This document shows positions 29,746 through 37,194 of a stretch of DNA of 54,789 bases, one piece after another; the stretch's first letter is position 1, and each line of letters starts with the position of its first letter. The notes under the pieces were generated by a model that worked only from the letters and a program-made list of their open reading frames with translations, was not told the origin of the DNA and did not search any database. The position numbers and the translations under genes were made by a program. This DNA is from Elusimicrobiota bacterium (GTDB lineage Bacteria > Elusimicrobiota > Elusimicrobia > UBA1565), in the NCBI GenBank assembly GCA_043819795.1, contig JBDREN010000209.1, positions 1 through 54,789 of the forward strand. Reading direction: 5' to 3'.

Positions 29746-30390
29746 ATGACTTCCTACCGGTTGTCCGTGATTGTCGCGGGAATCCTCATGTTGGCCGCGT
29801 CAGTGGCCGAGGCGCAATCGAGAATCCGGTACCGAGGGCAGCGAGGCGGCGGCCTCGCCGCGGGCCGGAGCGGCCGCGCCTACAGCCCCGGCGGAGGCTC
29901 GCACTCCATGCGGATCCGCAGGGCGGCCGTATCCCGGCCAAGCGCCATGGCTTCGCGGCGCGGGGCATCCTCTTTCGGAGCGTCTCAATCTTCGGGGCAG
30001 CGGGGCCCCGGAATCACGCCCATTCCCTCTGCGCCCTCGCCGGCGCACAACATCCGCAGGACGATGGCCTACCGCTGGCAGGCGGCCCCCGAGGCCAAGC
30101 CCGGAAAGCCGATGCCGTTCATCCGCGACGAGTTCTTGGAGCGCCTGGCGCGGGAGCGGCGCGTCCAGGAGGGGATACGCGAGCTTCCGTACACCCGCAC
30201 GACGATCCGGGAAGACGACGACATCCCGGCGCGCGGCGATGGCGCGGTCTTTATCGGTGGAGGCTCCTATCTGCCGGTCGCGATCGGGAGCACCGGGACG
30301 CACAACCGGGACCAGGGGGGGCGCCCTGCGGACCCCGGAAGCCCCCCCGGCTCATCCTCCGGGAAAGGCAAGGGAAAAGACAAGAAGTAG
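29746..30390 (+). CDS. Secreted low-complexity hypothetical protein
   Basis: Purine-rich RBS, signal peptide ending VAEA|Q, Gly/Ser/Arg-rich body. Confidence 0.6.
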   Translation: MTSYRLSVIVAGILMLAASVAEAQSRIRYRGQRGGGLAAGRSGRAYSPGGGSHSMRIRRAAVSRPSAMASRRGASSFGASQSSGQRGPGITPIPSAPSPAHNIRRTMAYRWQAAPEAKPGKPMPFIRDEFLERLARERRVQEGIRELPYTRTTIREDDDIPARGDGAVFIGGGSYLPVAIGSTGTHNRDQGGRPADPGSPPGSSSGKGKGKDKK

Positions 30391-30415
30391 TCCGGGCTCC
30401 AACCCCGAGAATTCC

Positions 30416-30444
30416 TTGCTAGAACTGGGTTTCTCTGTTATACT
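30416..30444 (+). promoter_or_regulatory. Sigma70-type promoter for the ncRNA/tmRNA locus
   Basis: TTGCTA-17 nt-TATACT with extended -10 TG; predicted start near 30451. Confidence 0.75.
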
Positions 30445-30450
30445 GCGAAT

Positions 30451-30830
30451 GGAAGTTCACCCGCGCCTGTCGTATCCGTCGTCGATGAGTGGTCAGCGCC
30501 GGTTGCGCGGAGCGCCAACCGGTCGCTTGCACCGCTGTGTTATCAAGGGATTGCCCGCCGGTGGGGGGCGGGGCTCCCTGATAGAGTAGAGGTGTAAGCG
30601 CCGCAAGCGCAAAGCGCTTGCGATGCTGGCATGGGTGCGACCTATTAGTGGGCGGCATGGCCCGCCCACCTTAGTAGGGGTGACCCGCAAGGCCCACTCA
30701 GGCGATGTGGGTCTTGCGGGCTCGAGGGGGCGGCAGCCCCCAGGGGGAGCACCCGCGCGAGCACGGTACCTTACTCGCGCGGGCCTTCAGGCCCCGAGCG
30801 CAGCGAGGGGTGCGACAAGCGGGGGTGAAT
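30451..30830 (+). ncRNA. Large structured ncRNA, resembling a shortened OLE RNA (5' domain)
   Basis: No credible ORF; at least six hairpins enclosed by a 23-nt closing stem (21 pairs). Motifs CAAGGGAUUG..UCCCUGAU, GGCAUGGGUGCGAC, AGUAGGGG..ACC, AC.CAGGCGAUGU occur in the order I recall from OLE RNA (recollection, not searched). Confidence 0.6.
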
Positions 30831-30913
30831 AGGTTCGACAAGCGTCGTATTACCTGGAAGCCGCAGGCCCTGGTTGGTCGGAGCCAGGATAAAATCCGGC
30901 CAAAACAACAAAA

Positions 30914-30946
30914 GCCAACTCACCGTTGGCCTGGGCCACTGCCTAA
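30914..30946 (+). other. tmRNA proteolysis tag reading frame (A)ANSPLAWATA*
   Basis: A-rich run then GCC AAC TCA CCG TTG GCC TGG GCC ACT GCC TAA after the pk1 region. Confidence 0.85.
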
Positions 30947-31163
30947 CCCGCAGTAAGTCCACGTCGGTCCCCCGACGCCTGCTAGGGGGGTGCCGGCGTC
31001 AAGAAGCAGGCTGGGAGCCGCGTCGCGCGCTTCGTCGACGCGGGTCCGAGACCATAACGGAGCTGGTCCCGGGATACTTGTCCGGCGGTTTTCCCGGGAC
31101 GAGACCAACGCCGGGCTAAGCCTGTAGTGGCCCCAGGGGGCGGCGTTTGGACGCGGGTGCGAT

Positions 31164-31832
31164 CAAGATGGTCGCCTCCCGGAGCGATCCGGGATGATAA
31201 AACCTGGCTTAATCAGGGGAACCTAAATCCACCGCTGATCGTACATAGCGGGGGACATGGCAATCCTGAGGGGCGCAAGCCCTGCAGAGACTGTTCCCGG
31301 GCAGGGTCCGGGGACGATGGAAAACGGAATGGCTGAGACGGATAAGGCCTATCTGGCCGGGCTGATCGACGGTGAGGGCACGATCACGTTGACGCGCCAT
31401 CATCGCAATCAGTTCCCTCAACCGAGAGTGTCGATCTCCAACAACAGTCTTGAGTTGTTGGAGTGGGTGAGGGAGCGGCTGGGCTGCGGAAATATCATCC
31501 GCCGTTCGCCACGCAAGGAGCACCATGGCAAGTCCTATGTGTGGCAGGTCCAGCTGGCTGGTTCAGCGCTGAAGGTGCTGCGAGAGATCAGGCCTTATCT
31601 CGTGCTGAAGCGTCGGCATGCCGACCTGCTTCTGGAAGACTATAAGGCGTGTACGCCTCGCAACGGGAAGTATTCCCCGTCCATGCTGGCGGCGAAGCGC
31701 GGGCTGGTCGGCCAGATTAGGCGGCTGAATCAGACGGGTCGGTCACGTTTTCCATAATACGTCAGGCTCCGTCGGCTTCGGCCGGCGGGTGAAGAGATAG
31801 TCCACGCCGCTCGGAAACGAGCGGGATGCGTG
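31164..31832 (+). mobile_element. Group I intron (669 nt, IA-like with P7.1/P7.2) in the tmRNA T-loop
   Basis: 5' exon ends in U and pairs GCGAU/GUCGC with a U-G wobble (P1). P AATCAGGGGAA, Q GGCAATCCTGAG, R GCAGAGACTG, S AAGAGATAGTCC; P3 CCTGGC/GTCAGG; P8 UUCG and P9 GAAA hairpins; terminal G at 31832. Confidence 0.93.
31317..31757 (+). CDS. Intron-encoded single-motif LAGLIDADG homing endonuclease (146 aa)
   Basis: DKAYLAGLIDGEGTI, VSISNN..ELLEWV...LGCG.I, L.EIRPYLVLKRRHA; alternative start at 31329. Confidence 0.93.
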   Translation: MENGMAETDKAYLAGLIDGEGTITLTRHHRNQFPQPRVSISNNSLELLEWVRERLGCGNIIRRSPRKEHHGKSYVWQVQLAGSALKVLREIRPYLVLKRRHADLLLEDYKACTPRNGKYSPSMLAAKRGLVGQIRRLNQTGRSRFP

Positions 31833-31888
31833 TCCCGCCACCTCCACCATTTTTTGTGGGCGCGGTTCGCGTCCACTAGGGGTCTTCT

Positions 31889-33214
31889 ATGCTGGGCAGG
31901 CGCAACGTCGCGCTCCTGGGCTCCAACTTCATCTTCGCGGCGGTCTGCGCCGCCCTGTTCTTCTATCCGGGCTGGGAGCTCGTCCTCTACCCGGCCTGCG
32001 GCATCATCTTCCTCTGGAACGACTTCCGGCGCGAGGACGAGATCCACGTCATCTTCGTCTTCCTGGCGACCGCGGCCGCGCTGCTGCTCATGACGCGGGC
32101 CACCGATCCGGGCGTGCGGGTGGGGTTGGCCATCGAGGTCGTGGGGGTCTGGGCGCTGAGCTTCGGGCTCGGCCTGCACCGCGGCCAGCTGGCATCCGAG
32201 GAAGGGCGCGTCCTGAGCAAGGTGGACGAGATCGAAGCCCAGACGCGCGACAGCCAGCGCGAGCTGCGCTTCTACAACACCTACGAGGGCACGGCCGTGG
32301 CCCAGATCCGCTTGCGCCGGGACCTGACGCAGGCCGCCAAGAGCCTGGGCACGACGATGGACCCCCACGAGGTGCAGGTGCGCCTGATGAAGATTCTGGA
32401 GGGGCGCTACAAGGGAAGCCGGGTGAAGATCCTGCCCGGCATGCCGCAGGACCCGATCGTCAACTGGGCCGCCAAGACGCACGCGCCCGTGCTCGTCAAG
32501 GACATGGATCTCGAGATGCGGTTCGGGCCTCGCTCGACGGGGCACGGGTTCCGGTCGGCCCTGGTCGTCCCCCTGAGCGTCATGAAGAAGCCGTACGGCT
32601 TCGTGGCCCTCAAGGCCGAGAAGACGGGCGCCTACACCAACGACGATCTGCGGACCGTGGACCTTTTCGCGACGCTCGCCTCGCTTACGCTCGAGAACAT
32701 TCACCTTTACGAGGAGGTCCACAGCCTCGCGACCCACGACGGCTTGACGCAGCTCTTCACTCAGCGTGCGTTCCGGATGAGACTGAAGGAGGAGATGCTC
32801 CGGGCCGGGCGCAGCCAGATGCCGATGGGTCTGATCATGGGCGACATCGACTTCTTCAAGCGCTACAACGACACCTACGGCCACCAGGCGGGCGACGAGC
32901 TCCTGCGCGCGGTGGCGCGCATACTCGTCAACCAGACCAGGCCTGTCGACTGCGTGGCGCGCTACGGAGGGGAGGAGTTCGCCGTCATCCTCCCGAACAC
33001 GGTCCACGGGCGGGCGGTGGACCTGGCCAACCGCATGCGCGACGCGGTGGCTTCGGAGCCGTTCGTGTTCCAGGGACAGCGGACGCGGGTCACGATGAGC
33101 TTCGGGGTGTCCTCGTTCCCGAGCGACGCCACCTCCCTGAGCCAGCTCGTCCGCGTGGCCGACGAGAGGCTCTACAACTCGAAGTCCCAGGGGCGCGACC
33201 AGGTGACGGGGTGA
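31889..33214 (+). CDS. Membrane-anchored GAF-GGDEF diguanylate cyclase
   Basis: N-terminal TMs, GAF-like region, DGLT, DIDFFKRYNDTYGHQAGD, RPVD I-site, RYGGEEF. Confidence 0.93.
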   Translation: MLGRRNVALLGSNFIFAAVCAALFFYPGWELVLYPACGIIFLWNDFRREDEIHVIFVFLATAAALLLMTRATDPGVRVGLAIEVVGVWALSFGLGLHRGQLASEEGRVLSKVDEIEAQTRDSQRELRFYNTYEGTAVAQIRLRRDLTQAAKSLGTTMDPHEVQVRLMKILEGRYKGSRVKILPGMPQDPIVNWAAKTHAPVLVKDMDLEMRFGPRSTGHGFRSALVVPLSVMKKPYGFVALKAEKTGAYTNDDLRTVDLFATLASLTLENIHLYEEVHSLATHDGLTQLFTQRAFRMRLKEEMLRAGRSQMPMGLIMGDIDFFKRYNDTYGHQAGDELLRAVARILVNQTRPVDCVARYGGEEFAVILPNTVHGRAVDLANRMRDAVASEPFVFQGQRTRVTMSFGVSSFPSDATSLSQLVRVADERLYNSKSQGRDQVTG

Positions 33215-33411
33215 TGATTCCGCTTCGGGGGGTTCAGCGAGCGTTCGACCGAAGGGAGAGCAGCGAGCGACGACGAAACGGGGGGCGAGCAGCCCCCCTT
33301 GTGGAGCGCCGAGCGGAGCGCGCACCTTCCGGAGCGAGGCTTGTCCGACGCTCCTCCTGGGCGATTATCAATCGCCCGAGCGAAGGAGGGCGCGACCAGG
33401 TAACCGGCTGA
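33191..33411 (+). repeat. 24-bp imperfect direct repeat of the gene 3' end flanking a palindromic REP-like insert
   Basis: GGGCGCGACCAGGTGACGGGGTGA (33191-33214) vs GGGCGCGACCAGGTAACCGGCTGA (33388-33411); internal hairpins GGGGGGC..GCCCCCC and GGGCGATT..AATCGCCC. Confidence 0.75.
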
Positions 33412-34712
33412 TGGATGCTTCCTGGATCCTCGGAATCCTTTCGCTGTTTCCCGCGGCCGCGCTCTGGGCCGCTTGGCCGCGCCGCAGTTGGGCCGCTTGG
33501 GCGGCCGGGGGAGGGTGCCTGGCCCTCTGGGCGCTGGGGTTCCTGGCCGTCGAGCCGGGGCTGAGGATCGGCTGGACGTTCTTGGGGCTGGGCAGCCTGC
33601 TCGCCTGCTTCTACGCCAGTCACGTGGTGGCGCGAAACGCCGTCAAGTACGCCCAGCTCGACGCGATGCTCGCCAAGCGCGAAGAGGCGCGGGCGAAGGT
33701 CGCCCGGTCCCTGGAGGCGGCCAAACCCCGCACTAGGGACATCGAGATCGAGGGGCGCGAGGTGACGGCCCTCTACGGGATGGCCAAGGGGCTCTCTGAG
33801 GCGCTGACCTGGGCCGAGATCCGGCCGAAGATCGAGCTCGCGGTCGAGCAGTATCTCCGCGTCGAGGAGTTCTCCATCTATGTGGCGGGGCGCCACGTGC
33901 AGGACAACCTGCTTCCCCTCGTGCGCCGCTGGGTCGGCACCTCGCTCGGGGCTTCCTGGCCCACGCTACAGCGCTACCTTCAGGAGCGCGGCGTCCCGCT
34001 GACCGTGCCGCACATCATCGAGTCGCCGGAGCGGGCGGTGGCCCTGCCGATCTACGAGAGCCAAAAGTTCATGGGCTATTTCTACGCGCGCGTCCCTCCG
34101 ACGGCGGACGCCGAAGCCCTGCTGGCCAAGGCGCAGACCTTCGTCGACGAGATCTCCTTCGCGTTCCGCCGCATCAAGCTCTTCCAAGAGGTCGAGAAGC
34201 ACTCGCAGGTCGACGGCCTTACCGGGGTCTTTCGTCGCCGCGTGCTCGATGAGAAGCTGGAGGAGGAGGTCATCCGGGCGCAGACCTTCAAGACCACGTT
34301 CTGCCTGATGATTCTTGACATCGACCGTTTTAAGTCCTTGAATGACACGTACGGCCACCAGTTCGGCGACAATGTGCTCGAGAGGATCGGAGAAATCCTT
34401 AAGAGGAGCGTCTACGAGACCGACTTCGTGGGGCGCTACGGCGGCGAGGAGTTCGCGATCCTGCTCCCGCGCGCGGAGGCGGCCGGCGTGCTGCGCAAGG
34501 CCGAGGCCGTGCGCAGGGCCGTCGAAGAGGAGCCGTTCGAGCTGGCGATGGAGCGGATCCGCGTGACGGCCTCGATCGGCGTCGCGCATTATCCGCGCGA
34601 CGGGAAGACGGCCGAGGCGGTCGTCAAGCAGGCTGATCAAGCCCTATACTACGCCAAGGAGCACGGACGCAACCAGGTCGTCGACATATCGGCCGTGCGC
34701 AAACTCTCATGA
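33411..34712 (+). CDS. Membrane-anchored GGDEF diguanylate cyclase
   Basis: TMs, DGLTG, DIDRFKSLNDTYGHQFGD, RYGGEEF; lacks the RxxD I-site (YETD). Confidence 0.93.
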   Translation: MDASWILGILSLFPAAALWAAWPRRSWAAWAAGGGCLALWALGFLAVEPGLRIGWTFLGLGSLLACFYASHVVARNAVKYAQLDAMLAKREEARAKVARSLEAAKPRTRDIEIEGREVTALYGMAKGLSEALTWAEIRPKIELAVEQYLRVEEFSIYVAGRHVQDNLLPLVRRWVGTSLGASWPTLQRYLQERGVPLTVPHIIESPERAVALPIYESQKFMGYFYARVPPTADAEALLAKAQTFVDEISFAFRRIKLFQEVEKHSQVDGLTGVFRRRVLDEKLEEEVIRAQTFKTTFCLMILDIDRFKSLNDTYGHQFGDNVLERIGEILKRSVYETDFVGRYGGEEFAILLPRAEAAGVLRKAEAVRRAVEEEPFELAMERIRVTASIGVAHYPRDGKTAEAVVKQADQALYYAKEHGRNQVVDISAVRKLS

Positions 34713-35833
34713 ACGAAGACCCCTACATCCCGGGCCCGGCCCCTGATCCGGAGCCCGATCCGCAGCCGGCCCCCGCCCAAGAGGCCGGGGCGCCGGAGCC
34801 CGGACCCGCCCAGGCCGACGCCGAGGCTAAGGCTCAGGCCGCGCCGTCCGGCGAAGTCCCGCGCAAGAGGCGCTTGGTCAAGGCGCTGATCGTGCTCTAT
34901 GCGGTCAGTGTCGTCGCGGCCGTGGTCGTATTATGGCAGGCGCAGCTACGGAACGCGGGGTCCAGGGGCAAGTCGGCGCTGGACGTCTCCAAGGTACTGC
35001 TCTCCAAAAGGAGCGATTACGTCGGTTTGGTGACGATCACGGGCCCCATCTATCAAGGGGAGGGCCGCCGGATGTTCGAGCGCGGGCTTCATCAATGGCG
35101 CCGGCGCATCGAGAAGCTGGCCAAGAACAAGGACGTCAAGGCGATCGTGGTGGTGATCAACTCCCCGGGCGGCAGCGTCGGCGCGGTCCAGGAGATCCAT
35201 AGCGCTCTCTTGCGCGCGCGCAAGGAGCACAAGAAGCCGATCGTCGCGCAGATGGGGGACACGGCGGCATCGGGCGGCTATTACGTCGCCGCGGCCTGCG
35301 ACAAGATCGTCGCTCATCGGGGGACGCTGCTCGGCTCGATCGGGGTGATCTTCCATCACAGCAACATCGAGGGTCTCTTCGACAAGCTGGGCATCAAGTC
35401 GCGCGTGATCAAGTCGGGCAAGATGAAGGATATCGGCTCGATGACGCGTCCCATGACCGAGGAGGAGCGGCAGCTGCTGCAGGACCTCATCGACAACGCC
35501 TACGGACAGTTCCTGAAGGCCGTATCGGAGGGAAGGGGCCTCCCCGAGGAGCGGCTGCGCCCGTTGGCCGACGGCAGGATCTTCACCGGTGAGCAGGCCT
35601 TGGAGGTCGGGCTGGTCGACCAGCTCGGCGATTTCCGCGACGCGGTCGACCTGGCCGGCAAGCTTGGAGGGATCGAAGGCGAGCCGAAGCTCCTGAGCGA
35701 GACGGACTCCTTCGCCAACGTGCTCGAGTTCCTCGAGTCGAGGGCGGCCGTCCTGCTCGCTCCCGAGTGGCCGCTGCTGCGCGAGGTGCGCCGCCTCGAC
35801 CACAGCGGGCTCGAGTACCGCTGGAGGAACTGA
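34709..35833 (+). CDS. sppA: Signal peptide peptidase SppA (S49)
   Basis: INSPGGSV, AASGGYYVA, GSIGVI, DGRIFTGEQALEVGLVDQLG. Confidence 0.93.
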   Translation: MNEDPYIPGPAPDPEPDPQPAPAQEAGAPEPGPAQADAEAKAQAAPSGEVPRKRRLVKALIVLYAVSVVAAVVVLWQAQLRNAGSRGKSALDVSKVLLSKRSDYVGLVTITGPIYQGEGRRMFERGLHQWRRRIEKLAKNKDVKAIVVVINSPGGSVGAVQEIHSALLRARKEHKKPIVAQMGDTAASGGYYVAAACDKIVAHRGTLLGSIGVIFHHSNIEGLFDKLGIKSRVIKSGKMKDIGSMTRPMTEEERQLLQDLIDNAYGQFLKAVSEGRGLPEERLRPLADGRIFTGEQALEVGLVDQLGDFRDAVDLAGKLGGIEGEPKLLSETDSFANVLEFLESRAAVLLAPEWPLLREVRRLDHSGLEYRWRN

Positions 35834-36456
35834 TGGCGGCGACGGGGTTCCCCCAGGCCGCGGCCCGGCCGGCCGCGGCGGACGGCCTCAGCGTCTTCTA
35901 CGATTTCATCGAGGCGCCGGAGCTCGCGGCCGAGGAGATCCGCCGCCGCCCTCCGGTCGCGTTCGGCGTCCTGGCCTACATCCTAGGCGCGACGAGCCTG
36001 TTCCTGGCCCAGGCCCTCGTCGGCAAGGGGGCGCTCCTCGGGCTCTCCTGGTTCTCGCTGGGCGTCGCCTGCGCGTGGAACCTCGGCACGGGCCTGCTCT
36101 TGGCCGCGGTCATCCATCTGCTCGCCGAGGCCATGGGCGGCGCGGGGCGCGTGATGCCGCTGTTCGTGCTGCTGGGATTCGGCGAGCTCGCCTGGGCGTT
36201 GATCCTTCCCGGGGTGCTTCTGCTGCAGGCGGCCGCGCCCGGCAACCCTTGGGCCCTCCGGGGGGCGTTCCTCCTGGTGGGCTTCCTGGCGCTCGTTCTG
36301 AAGGCACGCGGCATCCGGCACAACTACGGCTTCAGCGCTCTGCGGGCCTGGTTCGTGCTGATCGCGCCTTACTTCGCTGTGGCTGCGTCGCTGGTACTCG
36401 TATTCGCCGCCGCCCTGTGGGCCGTCGCCCAGCAGTTGCTGAAGGCCTTATCATGA
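35833..36456 (+). CDS. Yip1-like integral membrane protein
   Basis: About five hydrophobic segments; coupled to sppA by TGATG. Confidence 0.7.
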   Translation: MAATGFPQAAARPAAADGLSVFYDFIEAPELAAEEIRRRPPVAFGVLAYILGATSLFLAQALVGKGALLGLSWFSLGVACAWNLGTGLLLAAVIHLLAEAMGGAGRVMPLFVLLGFGELAWALILPGVLLLQAAAPGNPWALRGAFLLVGFLALVLKARGIRHNYGFSALRAWFVLIAPYFAVAASLVLVFAAALWAVAQQLLKALS

Positions 36457-37169
36457 AGATCCCGATTCCCGAGACCTACGAAGGATACCCCGTCGTCACG
36501 CCCGCCCGGATGGCGGAGATCGACCGGGAGGCGATCGAGCGGCACGGCATCCCGGCGTTGGAGCTCATGGAGAACGCGGGCCGCTGCGTCGCCGAGGAGT
36601 GCGGGCGGTTCCTGAAGGAGCATTGCGAGCGCGCCATCGAGGACATCATGATCACCGTCTGCTGCGGCAGGGGCAACAACGGCGGCGACGGGCTCGTGGC
36701 CGGGCGCTACCTGAAGCAGATGGGAGCCGAGGTGATGGCCTATATCTTGCCGCCGAAGCGCGGGGGGAAGTACTCCGGGGAGGTCCAGAAGAGCCTGTCC
36801 CGGGCCGCGACGACCGGCGTGTCCATCCATCAGGTCTCGGAGGAGCTGGTGGAGCTCGACGTCCGGCTCCGGTCCTCACACCTGGTGCTCGACGCCCTGC
36901 TCGGGACGGGCTCGAGCGGCAAGCCGGCGGGCTACGCCCACAAGATGATCCAGCGGATCATGAAGGCCGGCAAGCCGGTGATCGCCGTGGACATCCCTTC
37001 CGGGCTCAACCCGGAGACCGGATACCACAGCGGCGTGATCGTCACCGCCGCGGTGACATGCACGCTGGGGCTGCCGAAGACCGGCCTGCTGGCCCAGGCC
37101 GCGAAGCGCTTCGTGGGCGAGGTCAAGGTGCTCGATATCGGTTTCCCGAAGGAGCTGCTAAGCCCCTGA
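36453..37169 (+). CDS. nnrE: NAD(P)H-hydrate epimerase (stand-alone YjeF-N)
   Basis: LMENAG, CGRGNNGGDG, DALLGTG, AVDIPSG. Confidence 0.92.
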   Translation: MKIPIPETYEGYPVVTPARMAEIDREAIERHGIPALELMENAGRCVAEECGRFLKEHCERAIEDIMITVCCGRGNNGGDGLVAGRYLKQMGAEVMAYILPPKRGGKYSGEVQKSLSRAATTGVSIHQVSEELVELDVRLRSSHLVLDALLGTGSSGKPAGYAHKMIQRIMKAGKPVIAVDIPSGLNPETGYHSGVIVTAAVTCTLGLPKTGLLAQAAKRFVGEVKVLDIGFPKELLSP

Positions 37170-37194
37170 TATCCCGGACGACGGGAGAACCCTC

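Larger units (their letters stand above)
30821..31849 (+). ncRNA. ssrA: tmRNA, split gene: exon 1 30821-31163, exon 2 31833-31849 (360 nt spliced)
   Basis: 5' GGGGGTGAATAGGTTCGAC; acceptor stem GGGGGTG/CACCTCC with the G3-U alanine identity pair and ACCA end; T-arm GCGGG-TGCGAT|T-CCCGC is restored only after intron removal; tag frame present. Confidence 0.95.

Noticed and set aside
30384..30400. RNase P RNA (GAAGTAGTCCGGGCTCC resembles GAGGAAAGTCCGGGCTCC)
   Set aside because: Overlaps a stop codon, lies upstream of the promoter, and the other RNase P conserved regions and the complementary P4 strand were not found.
30628..30645. Group IIC intron 5' end (GGCATGGGTGC)
   Set aside because: No GUGYG start at the proper spacing, no domain V/VI and no reverse transcriptase ORF.
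31257..31316. ORF-track start of the endonuclease at 31257
   Set aside because: This extension runs through the intron catalytic core (Q, P6, R); 31317 or 31329 is more plausible.
30419..31336. Short ORFs across the ncRNA/tmRNA region
   Set aside because: No motifs or RBS; better explained by structured RNA.
31148..31849. Intron-containing tRNA-Ala
   Set aside because: No D-arm or anticodon arm; the acceptor 5' strand lies about 330 nt upstream with a tag frame between, which defines tmRNA.
31833..34712. Genomic island integrated at the ssrA 3' end
   Set aside because: No integrase and no convincing duplicate of the ssrA 3' end; the partial match near 48937 lies inside recO.
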